Of a stretch of 35,651 nucleotides of DNA, positions 18,665-26,831 are shown piece by piece. A program made the translations under genes and the position numbers. Every line of letters starts with the position of its first letter. The stretch's first letter is position 1. The notes below the pieces were generated by a model. It searched no databases. It was not told the origin of the DNA and was given only the letters and a program-made list of their open reading frames with translations. The DNA comes from Brevibacterium luteolum (GTDB taxonomy: Bacteria > Actinomycetota > Actinomycetes > Actinomycetales > Brevibacteriaceae), in the NCBI RefSeq assembly GCF_013004595.1, contig NZ_JABEMC010000009.1:62001-97651 (forward strand). The letters run 5' to 3'.

Positions 18665-20071
18665 CTAGGCGATCCGGGTGCTGCGGCGGCGGTGCTCGGA
18701 TCGGTTTGCCAGCAGCTGCACACCGCCCAGACAGACGAGCAGCGCGGTGGCGACGGTGATCATGTGGAAGCCCTCCACGTAGCTGAACCGGTCGATGATG
18801 ACGCCGGTGAGCGCTGAGGAGCCGGACTGGCCGACGACGACGCCGGTCGACATCATCGCCATGACGGTGGTGGTGCGGCCGAAGGGGGCGACGTCGGAGG
18901 CGATCGAGTACAGGGTCACGAGTGCCGGGCCGATGCCGCAGCCCATGATGACCAGCGGCAGCACCACGTCGAGCGGGTCGGAGACGAAGTGCATGACGAT
19001 CGAGCCGGCCAGGGCAAGCGAGCCGAAGACGAGCCAGCGGGCGGTGAAGGTGAAGCGCTCGGGCAGCAGGACGACCGACAGTGCGAGGATCGCTGAGCCA
19101 ACGCCCATGATGCCGTAGTAGATGCCAGCGGCATCGGCCTGGCCGAAACGCTCCATGAAATTGCTCAGGGAGGTGAGCGAGGCGCCGAAGAACACGCCGA
19201 TGCTCGTCATGCCGAGCACCGGGACGAGGACGATGAGGCGGTAGATCTCGCGCACCGGGGCCGGGCGTGTCGGCTCGGCGGGTGCAGGCTGGGCGGCGGG
19301 TGCAGGCTGGGCGGTTTCGGGCAGCGGGCCGGCTGCGGCGCACGTCGGGGAGGCGCCTTCCGGCTGGGAGGCGCGTTCCAACTGGGGGGCGTCTTCCGGC
19401 TGGGAGGTGCCGGCCGCCTCGGGAGCGGAGGCCGCCTCGGGGGCAGACGCGGGCTGGCGGGCGTGGCCGGTGGTGAAGCGCACCGAGGGGTGGACGGCGA
19501 AGGCGAGGACACCGAGGCCGGTGAGCACGGCGGCGAAGTCGAGCGGGACGACGACGCCCAAGGCTACGGCGACGATGCCGACGATGACCGGGCCGAAGAC
19601 GAAGACGAGCTCATCGGTCATCGACTCATACGACAGCACCTTCGAGGTGACCTTGCGGGCATCGGTGCCGGTGAGCGTGGCGCGGATGGCGTAGAGCCAG
19701 CGGGTGCGCACCATCGACGAGGCCTGCGGGCTGGTGAGGCCGATCGCCATGCCGGCGGCGAGCACAACCGGGGTGGTGACCTCCAGCCGGAGGGCGACGG
19801 CGAGGCCGAAGAGAGCGGCGGCGTTGGCGAGCGCGGTGATGATGAGGACGATGCGCTGGCCCCAGCGGTCGGCAGCCGCGCCGATGAGCGGGCCGGAGAT
19901 CGCAGTGCCGAGGCCGACGAGCGCGGCGGTCGAGCCGGCCAGGGTGTAGCTCTCGCGGGTGGCGGCGACGGCTGTGAGCACGGCGACGACCGACATCGCG
20001 AAGGGCAGCTTGGCGATGACGGAGATCGGGATGTAGGTCCAGCCGAACAGGCGCATGAGAACCGAGAGCAC
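18665..20071 (-). CDS. MFS transporter with a Pro/Ala-rich central loop
   Basis: GAAADRWGQR (motif A), YESMTDELVFVFGP, about 12 TM segments. Same subfamily as 9436-10698. Confidence 0.88.
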   Translation of the reverse strand: MLSVLMRLFGWTYIPISVIAKLPFAMSVVAVLTAVAATRESYTLAGSTAALVGLGTAISGPLIGAAADRWGQRIVLIITALANAAALFGLAVALRLEVTTPVVLAAGMAIGLTSPQASSMVRTRWLYAIRATLTGTDARKVTSKVLSYESMTDELVFVFGPVIVGIVAVALGVVVPLDFAAVLTGLGVLAFAVHPSVRFTTGHARQPASAPEAASAPEAAGTSQPEDAPQLERASQPEGASPTCAAAGPLPETAQPAPAAQPAPAEPTRPAPVREIYRLIVLVPVLGMTSIGVFFGASLTSLSNFMERFGQADAAGIYYGIMGVGSAILALSVVLLPERFTFTARWLVFGSLALAGSIVMHFVSDPLDVVLPLVIMGCGIGPALVTLYSIASDVAPFGRTTTVMAMMSTGVVVGQSGSSALTGVIIDRFSYVEGFHMITVATALLVCLGGVQLLANRSEHRRRSTRIA

Positions 20072-20091
20072 GATTGACTACGCTACTACGT
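20072..20091. promoter_or_regulatory. Candidate bidirectional leaderless promoter
   Basis: TACGCT on + (20079-20084) and TAGCGT on - (20085-20080) overlap, lying 7 and 8 nt from the divergent start codons. Confidence 0.55.
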
Positions 20092-21510
20092 ATGAGCATC
20101 ACGACTGAATCTGCGCCGAGCACCGTTGCTGCCGACCTCTCCTCCTTCGTCTACGCCTCGCCGTCGTCGTTCCACGCGGCGGCCAATGTGCGCGAGCGGC
20201 TCGTCGCGGCCGGGTTCAGCGAGCTGAACGAGGCCGATGCCTGGCAGCTGCGCGCAGGCGGGAAATACGTCGTAGTGCGCGACGGCGCGGCGATCGCCTG
20301 GGTGATGCCCGAAGGCAGTGCTGGTGATAGTGCTGGGAAGGCAGGCGGCGCTGGCAAGACTGGCGGCACTGGCAAGGTGAGCGGCGCCTCGGCCCCGGTG
20401 TTCCGGGTCTTCGGCACGCACACCGACTCGCCTGCCTTCAAACTCAAGCCCAACCCGGGGTTCACGACTGAGGGTGCGCTGCAGATCGGCGTCGAGATCT
20501 ACGGCGGGCCGCTGCTGAACTCGTGGCTCGACCGGGAGCTCAGCCTCGCCGGACGACTCGTGACCCGTGATGGGCAGACGGTGCTGGCGCGCACGAAGCC
20601 GATCGCCCGGATCCCGCAGCTGGCGATCCACCTCGACCGTGAGGTCAACCAGAAGCTCTCGCTCGACAAGCAGCGTCACCTGCAGCCGGTCATCGGCTTG
20701 GAGGATCTCACCGGGCTGCTGCAGGCCGCCGACGGACTGCAGAGCACTGACGTGCTTGAGGTGCTCGCCGCCTCGGCCGGGGTCAAGGCCGCGGATGTCG
20801 CCGGATTCGATGTCGTCACGATCGCCGCGCAGGAGCCGGCGACCTTCGGCCTGCATGACGAGTTCCTCGCCAGCCCCCGGCTCGACAACCTGTCCTCGGT
20901 GCATGCCGGAATGAGTGCGCTGGCGCTCATCGACCCGGCCGAGATCAGCGAGATCCCGCTGCTGGCCGCCTTCGACCATGAAGAGGTCGGCTCCAACACC
21001 CGCTCCGGCGCCTGCGGGCCGTTCCTCGCCGACGTCACCGAGCGGATCGTTGCGGCTGCTACCGGGGACGGCGATGAGGCCGGCGCTGCCGCGGCCGGCC
21101 GGGAGGCGTACTTGCGCTCAATGGCATCCTCCATATGCTTCTCCGCCGACACCGGGCACGGGGTGCACCCGAACTTCCCTGAGCGCCACGACCCGGTCAA
21201 CCGGCCGCGTCTGGGAGCCGGGCCGCTGCTGAAGATCAACGCCCAGCAGCGCTACGCCACCGATGCGATCGGCACCGCCCGGTTCGCCGCCGCCTGCGAT
21301 GCTGCTGACGTCACCTACCAGGAGTTCGTGTCGAACAACTCGATGCCGTGCGGTTCGACGATCGGGCCACTGACCGCGACCCGGCTGGGCATGACGACCG
21401 TCGACATCGGCATCGGGCTGTGGAGCATGCACTCGGCGCGCGAGATGTGCGCGATCACCGACGTGCACGACATGTTCCACGTCGCACACGCCTACATGCG
21501 CGGCGCCTGA
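20092..21510 (+). CDS. M18 family aminopeptidase (aspartyl aminopeptidase-like)
   Basis: SPSSFHA, HTDSP, LAIHLDR, RLDNL, DHEEVGS, CGSTIGP, SMHSAREM. Confidence 0.93.
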   Translation: MSITTESAPSTVAADLSSFVYASPSSFHAAANVRERLVAAGFSELNEADAWQLRAGGKYVVVRDGAAIAWVMPEGSAGDSAGKAGGAGKTGGTGKVSGASAPVFRVFGTHTDSPAFKLKPNPGFTTEGALQIGVEIYGGPLLNSWLDRELSLAGRLVTRDGQTVLARTKPIARIPQLAIHLDREVNQKLSLDKQRHLQPVIGLEDLTGLLQAADGLQSTDVLEVLAASAGVKAADVAGFDVVTIAAQEPATFGLHDEFLASPRLDNLSSVHAGMSALALIDPAEISEIPLLAAFDHEEVGSNTRSGACGPFLADVTERIVAAATGDGDEAGAAAAGREAYLRSMASSICFSADTGHGVHPNFPERHDPVNRPRLGAGPLLKINAQQRYATDAIGTARFAAACDAADVTYQEFVSNNSMPCGSTIGPLTATRLGMTTVDIGIGLWSMHSAREMCAITDVHDMFHVAHAYMRGA

Positions 21511-21547
21511 CGCTCCATTGTCGGCCCTGACGGTGCTCCGGTGACTG

Positions 21548-21595
21548 ATGTGGCGGAGCAACAGTGCCTGCCCTGGCGGAGCAACAGTGCCACAT
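21548..21595. repeat. 2 x 18-bp direct repeat framed by a short inverted repeat
   Basis: TGGCGGAGCAACAGTGCC at 21551 and 21574, framed by ATGTGGC...GCCACAT. Confidence 0.8.
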
Positions 21596-21646
21596 ATGCC
21601 GGTCAGCGCATTAGCGCCGTAGGCCGCCTGATTCTACAGTTCGACC

Positions 21647-22525
21647 ATGGTCGACTCGCAGCACTTCACCGACGCCGCCGCTGACTACTCCCGCCTCGCT
21701 CCGCACCTGTGGGATCGCATCGGCGCAGATGCCGTCGCGGCGGCAGGCCCCCAACCCGGTGAGCGGGTTCTCGACGCGTGCTCCGGGATCGGCTCCTCAG
21801 CGCTGCCGGCCGCTGCTGCGGTCGGGGCCGATGGACGCGTCGACGCCGTCGACCTCGCGGGCGGTCTGCTCGATGTGCTGCACCAGCAGGCGAGCAAGCG
21901 TGGGCTGGGACAGGTGCGTGCACACCAAGCGGACGTGCTGGACTTCGGGCAACCAGGTGAGTACGACCTTGTGCAGTGCGTCCTCGGAATCATGTTCTTC
22001 CCGGACTTCACAGCTGGGTCGCGCCAGCTGGTCAACCGGCTGCGGCCAGGCGGGCGGCTGATGCTGTCTGTCTGGGATCACGGGGTCATGGCCGACATCG
22101 GAATGCGGGCCTTCAATTCGATCCAGCGGGTGAGAAACGAGAAGCGGCCCGACCCTGCCTACGCGAAATCTGCCCGAGAGGATGAGAGGCACGGCGGTGA
22201 CGGCACCGCCGCCCACGCAGACGACGCCGGCAACGAGGCCGGACTCAGCTTCGACCAGATCGACACCCAGGACGCCTTCGGACCGTGGATGGAAGGGCTC
22301 GGCCTGATCGACGTGACCGTCACCGTGCAGGAACGGAACCTGGAGCTCGACGACGATCTCGCCTGGCTGGTGATCACCGGTTCAGGATTCCGCAGCATGT
22401 TCTCCGGGATGACCGCCGAGCAGATCGAGAAGGTCCGGTTGGACTTCCTCGCGGGCCTCCACCGCGATGGATTCACCTCGCTCAACACGAGCACACTCGT
22501 CGGAATCGGGCACCGGCCGGAGTAG
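21647..22525 (+). CDS. Class I SAM-dependent methyltransferase
   Basis: VLDACSGIG (motif I), VDLA, YDLVQCVLGIMFFPD, LRPGG. TACAGT lies 6 nt before the ATG. Confidence 0.88.
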   Translation: MVDSQHFTDAAADYSRLAPHLWDRIGADAVAAAGPQPGERVLDACSGIGSSALPAAAAVGADGRVDAVDLAGGLLDVLHQQASKRGLGQVRAHQADVLDFGQPGEYDLVQCVLGIMFFPDFTAGSRQLVNRLRPGGRLMLSVWDHGVMADIGMRAFNSIQRVRNEKRPDPAYAKSAREDERHGGDGTAAHADDAGNEAGLSFDQIDTQDAFGPWMEGLGLIDVTVTVQERNLELDDDLAWLVITGSGFRSMFSGMTAEQIEKVRLDFLAGLHRDGFTSLNTSTLVGIGHRPE

Positions 22526-22539
22526 ATTCTCCCGGTGTG

Positions 22540-22647
22540 CGTTGAGTACCACATCAACGTTCGTCGAAGTGGTACTCAATGCCCATGAATCCGGCGAAAC
22601 ATAGTCGTTGAGTACCACATCGAGTGGACTCGATGTGGTACTCAACG
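22540..22647. repeat. Doublet of 42-bp palindromes (REP-like)
   Basis: CGTTGAGTACCACATC-N10-GA[A/T]GTGGTACTCAA[T/C]G at 22540-22581 and 22606-22647. The second copy is a perfect 20-bp stem with a GG loop. Confidence 0.9.
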
Positions 22648-22737
22648 TCAAGACTGAAACGAGGAGCCTCAGGCGCCGCCATCCACAGATTTGGCTTTCC
22701 CGTTCCAATCGCGATGGGAACCGATAAAGCTGTCCTC

Positions 22738-23709
22738 ATGAGCACGCGAAACCGCTCTCAGCGTAAGAAGAGAGCGACCCTCCCACAGTTCGCCAACTAC
22801 GACTTCCTCGTCCAGCGAAACCTCACCGGGTATCGACGGCGCCAACTCCTGTCCCGGTACGGCAAGGGCATCTACGACCACCCGGATGGGCCGGCAGATC
22901 TCGGCATCCCGGTTTGGGCCGGTGAGAACTGGCTGCGCACATTCGAAATGGCAACGGCACTGGCTGTCGTGGCACCCCACGCGGCTGTCTCTCACCGTTC
23001 TGCAGCGGATCTTCACGGCCTCCCGCTCCGAGGACGGCTCGACAAGCTGGAAGTGACAGTCGAACGGTCAGCAACGGTCATCAAGCGCCCATGGGTCAGC
23101 TGTCGTCAAGCCGAAACCGTCAACCACCTCACAGTTGCGACTTTCCGGCTGACCACCATTAGACAGACGCTTCTCGACCTCGCCGGTCAGCTCGGCTTCC
23201 TTGAACTCGTCCAGTGCTTCGACGCTGTGCTCGGTCGCTGGCATGGCCCGCCCCAGCTCACACCCGTTCAGCTGTCTCAACTCATCATCGGGACCCGACG
23301 CTATCCCGGCCGCAAGCTCGCCATCGCCGCACTCCACCGCGCCCGGCCCGGAGTCGACTCGCCGCAGGAGACCCGCGTGCGCCTCAGCCTCGTCGACGCC
23401 GGCCTGCCCGAACCCGAGGTCTCTGTCAGCGTCGAGAATCCCGCCACCGGCTATTACTTCCTGCTCGATATGGCCTACCGGCGTGAGAAGATCGCAGTCG
23501 AATACGACGGTGACCATCACCGTGACGACGAAGTCCAGTACAACCGCGACATCGCCCGACTGCAGACGCTCGAGCAGCTCGGCTGGACGGTCATCCGGGT
23601 CACTCGCCGCAGCGATATGAGCCGGGTCGTCCACGACGTTCGCGCCGCACTCATCCGCCGGCGCCAGAAGTCCCCCGCCGGCCCCGCTCAGGCGGACCGC
23701 GCCAGCTGA
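22738..23709 (+). CDS. DUF559 / Vsr-like endonuclease-domain protein (AbiEi-like N-terminal region)
   Basis: SHRSAADLHGLP, DSPQETRVRL..VDAGLPEP, DMAYRREKIAVEYDGDHH...RDIAR...LEQLGWTVIRVT. Confidence 0.85.
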   Translation: MSTRNRSQRKKRATLPQFANYDFLVQRNLTGYRRRQLLSRYGKGIYDHPDGPADLGIPVWAGENWLRTFEMATALAVVAPHAAVSHRSAADLHGLPLRGRLDKLEVTVERSATVIKRPWVSCRQAETVNHLTVATFRLTTIRQTLLDLAGQLGFLELVQCFDAVLGRWHGPPQLTPVQLSQLIIGTRRYPGRKLAIAALHRARPGVDSPQETRVRLSLVDAGLPEPEVSVSVENPATGYYFLLDMAYRREKIAVEYDGDHHRDDEVQYNRDIARLQTLEQLGWTVIRVTRRSDMSRVVHDVRAALIRRRQKSPAGPAQADRAS

Positions 23710-23801
23710 ACCCCAGCGGCCCCGACCACCTGACCGCCCGGCCACCCCGCCATCCGAATCCACCAGTGACAAGCACCCGCCCACGGAGTACTGTCACAGA
23801 T

Positions 23802-24527
23802 GTGAGCACCGACACGGCAATGCGCGCCGCAGCCTTCGCCATGGAGCACCTTGCGGAGGACATCAGCGTTGCCGACATCGCCGACCACCTCGGCTACAGT
23901 CCCTTCCACTTCAACCGCATGTTCGCCGCCGCCACGCACACCCCGCCTGGCCGGTTCCTCGCCGCGCTGCGCTTCCACGCCGCGAAAAACCTGCTGCTGA
24001 CCGGCGATGACGCCGTCGTCGACGTGTGCACGCAGGTCGGCTTCACCTCGGTGTCGTCGTTCACCCGCCGGTTCCGCGAGGCCGTCGGCACCAGCCCGGC
24101 GGCCTTCCGCACGCTCGCCGACCAGGTCGCCGACCGCTCGCCGGCCCCGTTCTCCATCGGCGACCCGAAGGCCGCGCACGTCACCATCGACATCGAGAGC
24201 CCGCCGTCCGGGCTGCGCCTGCCGCCGCTCATGTGGATCGGCTGGTTCCCAAAGCCCGCACCCATCGGGCTGCCGCTGGCCGGTGTGCTGTGCCGCGGTC
24301 AGCAGCGCATCCGCCTGCCGCTGTGCGCCGGCGCCCCGTGGCTACTCGGTTTCAGTGTCGATGCCGCCGCCGAGGTGGTCGACCACCTGGCACCAGCGGC
24401 TCCCGTCGTCGCCATCCACCAGCAACCGGTGACCACAGCCCAGCACATCACGCTGAGCTTCGGCCCGGCCCCGCAGCCGTCGGTCCCCATGCTGGCAGCC
24501 CTGCCGGCTCTGGCTCCATCGCACTGA
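23802..24527 (+). CDS. AraC-family regulator with N-terminal HTH
   Basis: DIADHLGYSPFHFNRMF and VCTQVGFTSVSSFTRRFREAVGTSP. TACTGT lies 7 nt before the GTG at 23802. Confidence 0.88.
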   Translation: MSTDTAMRAAAFAMEHLAEDISVADIADHLGYSPFHFNRMFAAATHTPPGRFLAALRFHAAKNLLLTGDDAVVDVCTQVGFTSVSSFTRRFREAVGTSPAAFRTLADQVADRSPAPFSIGDPKAAHVTIDIESPPSGLRLPPLMWIGWFPKPAPIGLPLAGVLCRGQQRIRLPLCAGAPWLLGFSVDAAAEVVDHLAPAAPVVAIHQQPVTTAQHITLSFGPAPQPSVPMLAALPALAPSH

Positions 24528-24639
24528 TCCTCCGCTGACCGGCAAGACCGCAAAAACGGATACACATCACCGCACCGAGCCGCCATAGATTGGCATCACC
24601 CGGCCGTGACCGATGGCCCTACTGCGATTGGATTGCATC

Positions 24640-25443
24640 ATGTCACCTCAATACCGCACCGGCGCTCCCTGCTGGCTCGACCTCGGAACCCGTGACCTCA
24701 ACGGCTCCCTCGACTTCTACCGCGAGCTCTTCGGCTGGGAGTTCAACGACCTCGGCGCCGAGATGAATCACTACCACCTCATCACCGCAGATGGCAGCAC
24801 CGTCGGCGGGCTGATGGATGTCTCCGGCATGACCTGCCCGGAAGGCGGTGAGATCCCCACGCGATTCGACGTCTACCTCCACACCGACGACCTCGCCTCG
24901 ACAGTCGCGAGGGCCCGCGAGCGCGGCACCGTGTACATCGACAATGACCAGGCAGGCGATGCCGGTTCGATGTCCGTCATGGCCGACCCTTCCGGCGCGG
25001 GCCTCAACGCGTGGCAGCCGAATCAGATGACCGGCTTCGAGCTGCCGCTCACACACGGCACGCCGGTGTGGTTCGAATGCCGCAGCACCGACTTCGATGC
25101 CTCGGCTGACTTCTACCGCGAGGTCTTCGACTGGTCCGTCGTGGAGATGGACAGCGCGCCGGAGGGCACCCCGCGCTATGCCACCAACGGCTCGGTCACC
25201 GGGACGCTGCCCGACGGCACCCAGTGCGAAGCCGTCTGCGGACTCGTCGACGCCGCCGCCATGCCACCGGAGTTCCAGGAGTCGACGTGGTCGATCTTCT
25301 TCGGCACGAAGGACCTCGACGCCTCACTCGAGACCGCCAACCGCCTCGGTGCCACCACCGGCGAGGTCGGCCAGTCGCCGTTCGGCCGCTTCTGCCAGGT
25401 CACCGACCCGCAGGGTGCCGCCTTCATGCTCAACGAACTGTGA
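24640..25443 (+). CDS. Two-domain VOC/glyoxalase family protein (Rv0577/Cfp30B-like)
   Basis: GAPCWLDL...FYRELFGW, ADPSGA...WQP, PVWFE...FYREVFDW, PFGR...DPQGA. Confidence 0.9.
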   Translation: MSPQYRTGAPCWLDLGTRDLNGSLDFYRELFGWEFNDLGAEMNHYHLITADGSTVGGLMDVSGMTCPEGGEIPTRFDVYLHTDDLASTVARARERGTVYIDNDQAGDAGSMSVMADPSGAGLNAWQPNQMTGFELPLTHGTPVWFECRSTDFDASADFYREVFDWSVVEMDSAPEGTPRYATNGSVTGTLPDGTQCEAVCGLVDAAAMPPEFQESTWSIFFGTKDLDASLETANRLGATTGEVGQSPFGRFCQVTDPQGAAFMLNEL

Positions 25444-25484
25444 CCAGCCCGGCCGCAGCCACCCCATCACAGTACGGAAATGCC

Positions 25485-25964
25485 ATGACCTCCACCCTCC
25501 CGATCAGCCCATGCCTGTGGTTCGACTCGAATGCCAGGGAGGCGATGGAGTACTACGTCAGCGTCTTCCCCAACTCACGCATCGTCTCCATCGCCGAATA
25601 CCCCGATGAGTCCCTCAGTGAGCACTTCGCCGGCATGCAGGGCAAAGTGCTCACTGGGGAGTTCATCCTCAACGGGGTCTCGTTCATCTGCCTCGACGGC
25701 GGCCCGCTGTTCACGTTCTCCGAGGCGACCTCTTTCACTGTCCAGTGCAAAGACCAGGACGAAATCGACTACTACTGGAAGGCACTGTCGCATGTACCCG
25801 AATCCGAGCAGTGCGGTTGGTGCAAAGACCGGTTCGGGCTCAGCTGGCAGATCGTGCCGGCGAACATGTCCGACCTCCTCCGCACCGATGCGCAGATCCA
25901 GACGATGATGCAGATGCACAAGCTCGACATCAGCGCCCTCGAAACCGCAGGTCAGGGCGTGTGA
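25485..25964 (+). CDS. PhnB-like VOC family protein
   Basis: ISPCLWFD..AREAMEYYVSVF, LDGGPLFTFSEATS, QDEIDYYW, CGWCKDRFGLSWQIVP. Confidence 0.9.
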   Translation: MTSTLPISPCLWFDSNAREAMEYYVSVFPNSRIVSIAEYPDESLSEHFAGMQGKVLTGEFILNGVSFICLDGGPLFTFSEATSFTVQCKDQDEIDYYWKALSHVPESEQCGWCKDRFGLSWQIVPANMSDLLRTDAQIQTMMQMHKLDISALETAGQGV

Positions 25965-25975
25965 AAGGACTGTCC

Positions 25976-26775
25976 ATGACTGCTGATTTCCGATCCGGTG
26001 CACCCTGTTGGCTCGACCTCGGCTCACCGGACCCCGACCGCTCGCAGGATACTACCACCGTCTCTTCGGCTGGGAGTTCGCGGCTCCAGCCGGGCCGGAT
26101 GAGTTCTCCACCATCACCTCTGCTGGCCACACCGTCGGCGGTTTCGTCGGCACCCGCGGGATGACCGATCCAGCCGGCCAGCCATGGCCGAGCAGCTTCG
26201 GGGTGTATCTGCGCTCCGACGACCTCACGCGCACCGCCGAGCGCGCCCGGGCTGCCGGCACACAGCCGCACGAAGCTCCGAGCCCAGTCAAGACCGGCGC
26301 GCTCATCTTCGTCGACGATCCCGGCGGCGCGACAGTCAACGTATGGCAGCCGGGCACCATCACCGGATTCGACCTGCCGCATGCGCCCGGCACCCCGGCA
26401 TGGTTCGAGTGCCGCAGCACCGCCTTCGACGCCGCCGCAGAGTTCTACCGCGATGTCTTCGACTGGGCGCTCGTCGATCGCACCGGCACCGTCCATGACG
26501 GTACCCGGTATGTCACCAACGGCTCACCGACCGGAACCTTGGACGACGGCACACCCTGTCCGGTGGTGTGCGGGCTCGCCGATGCCGCGACGATGCCGGA
26601 CCCTGAGCAGTCCTCCCGCTGGCTCATCTACTTCCACACCCCGGAGGTCGCCGCCGGCTGCGAGGCAGCCGAGCGCCTCGGCGCCACAATCGGATCGACC
26701 GGCCGCACGCCGTTCGGGGTGTTCGCCCCTGTCACCGACCCGTGTGGGGCGGAGTTCGTACTCAACGGGCAGTGA
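25976..26775 (+). pseudogene. Second two-domain VOC paralog, frameshifted near 26050
   Basis: ATG at 25976 (after GAAAGGA) gives MTADFRSGAPCWLDLGSPDPDRSQD. The continuation YYHRLFGW... is in another frame, and the 800-nt span is not divisible by 3. Confidence 0.8.
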
Positions 26776-26831
26776 CCGGCCGCCTCGGCTTCGGTACCGT
26801 TCCCGAGGCGGTGGTCGCCTCCCCACTCAGC

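Noticed and set aside
16896..18668. Long antisense ORFs (590 aa here; also 497-1420, 3891-5522, 10937-12325, 15300-16556, 28119-29567, 29679-31481)
   Set aside because: These are shadow ORFs opposite well-supported genes, expected in high-GC DNA, and show no recognisable motifs.
22540..22647. CRISPR mini-array
   Set aside because: The units are inverted pairs with 10-nt spacers, there are only two, and no cas genes are present in the window.
21647..23709. Restriction-modification pair (methyltransferase plus nuclease)
   Set aside because: The methyltransferase looks like a small-molecule UbiE-type enzyme and lacks DNA-MTase catalytic motifs (DPPY/NPPY/PC).
25485..25964. 3-demethylubiquinone methyltransferase
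   Set aside because: This is a legacy family name for PhnB-like VOC proteins. No SAM-binding motif is present.
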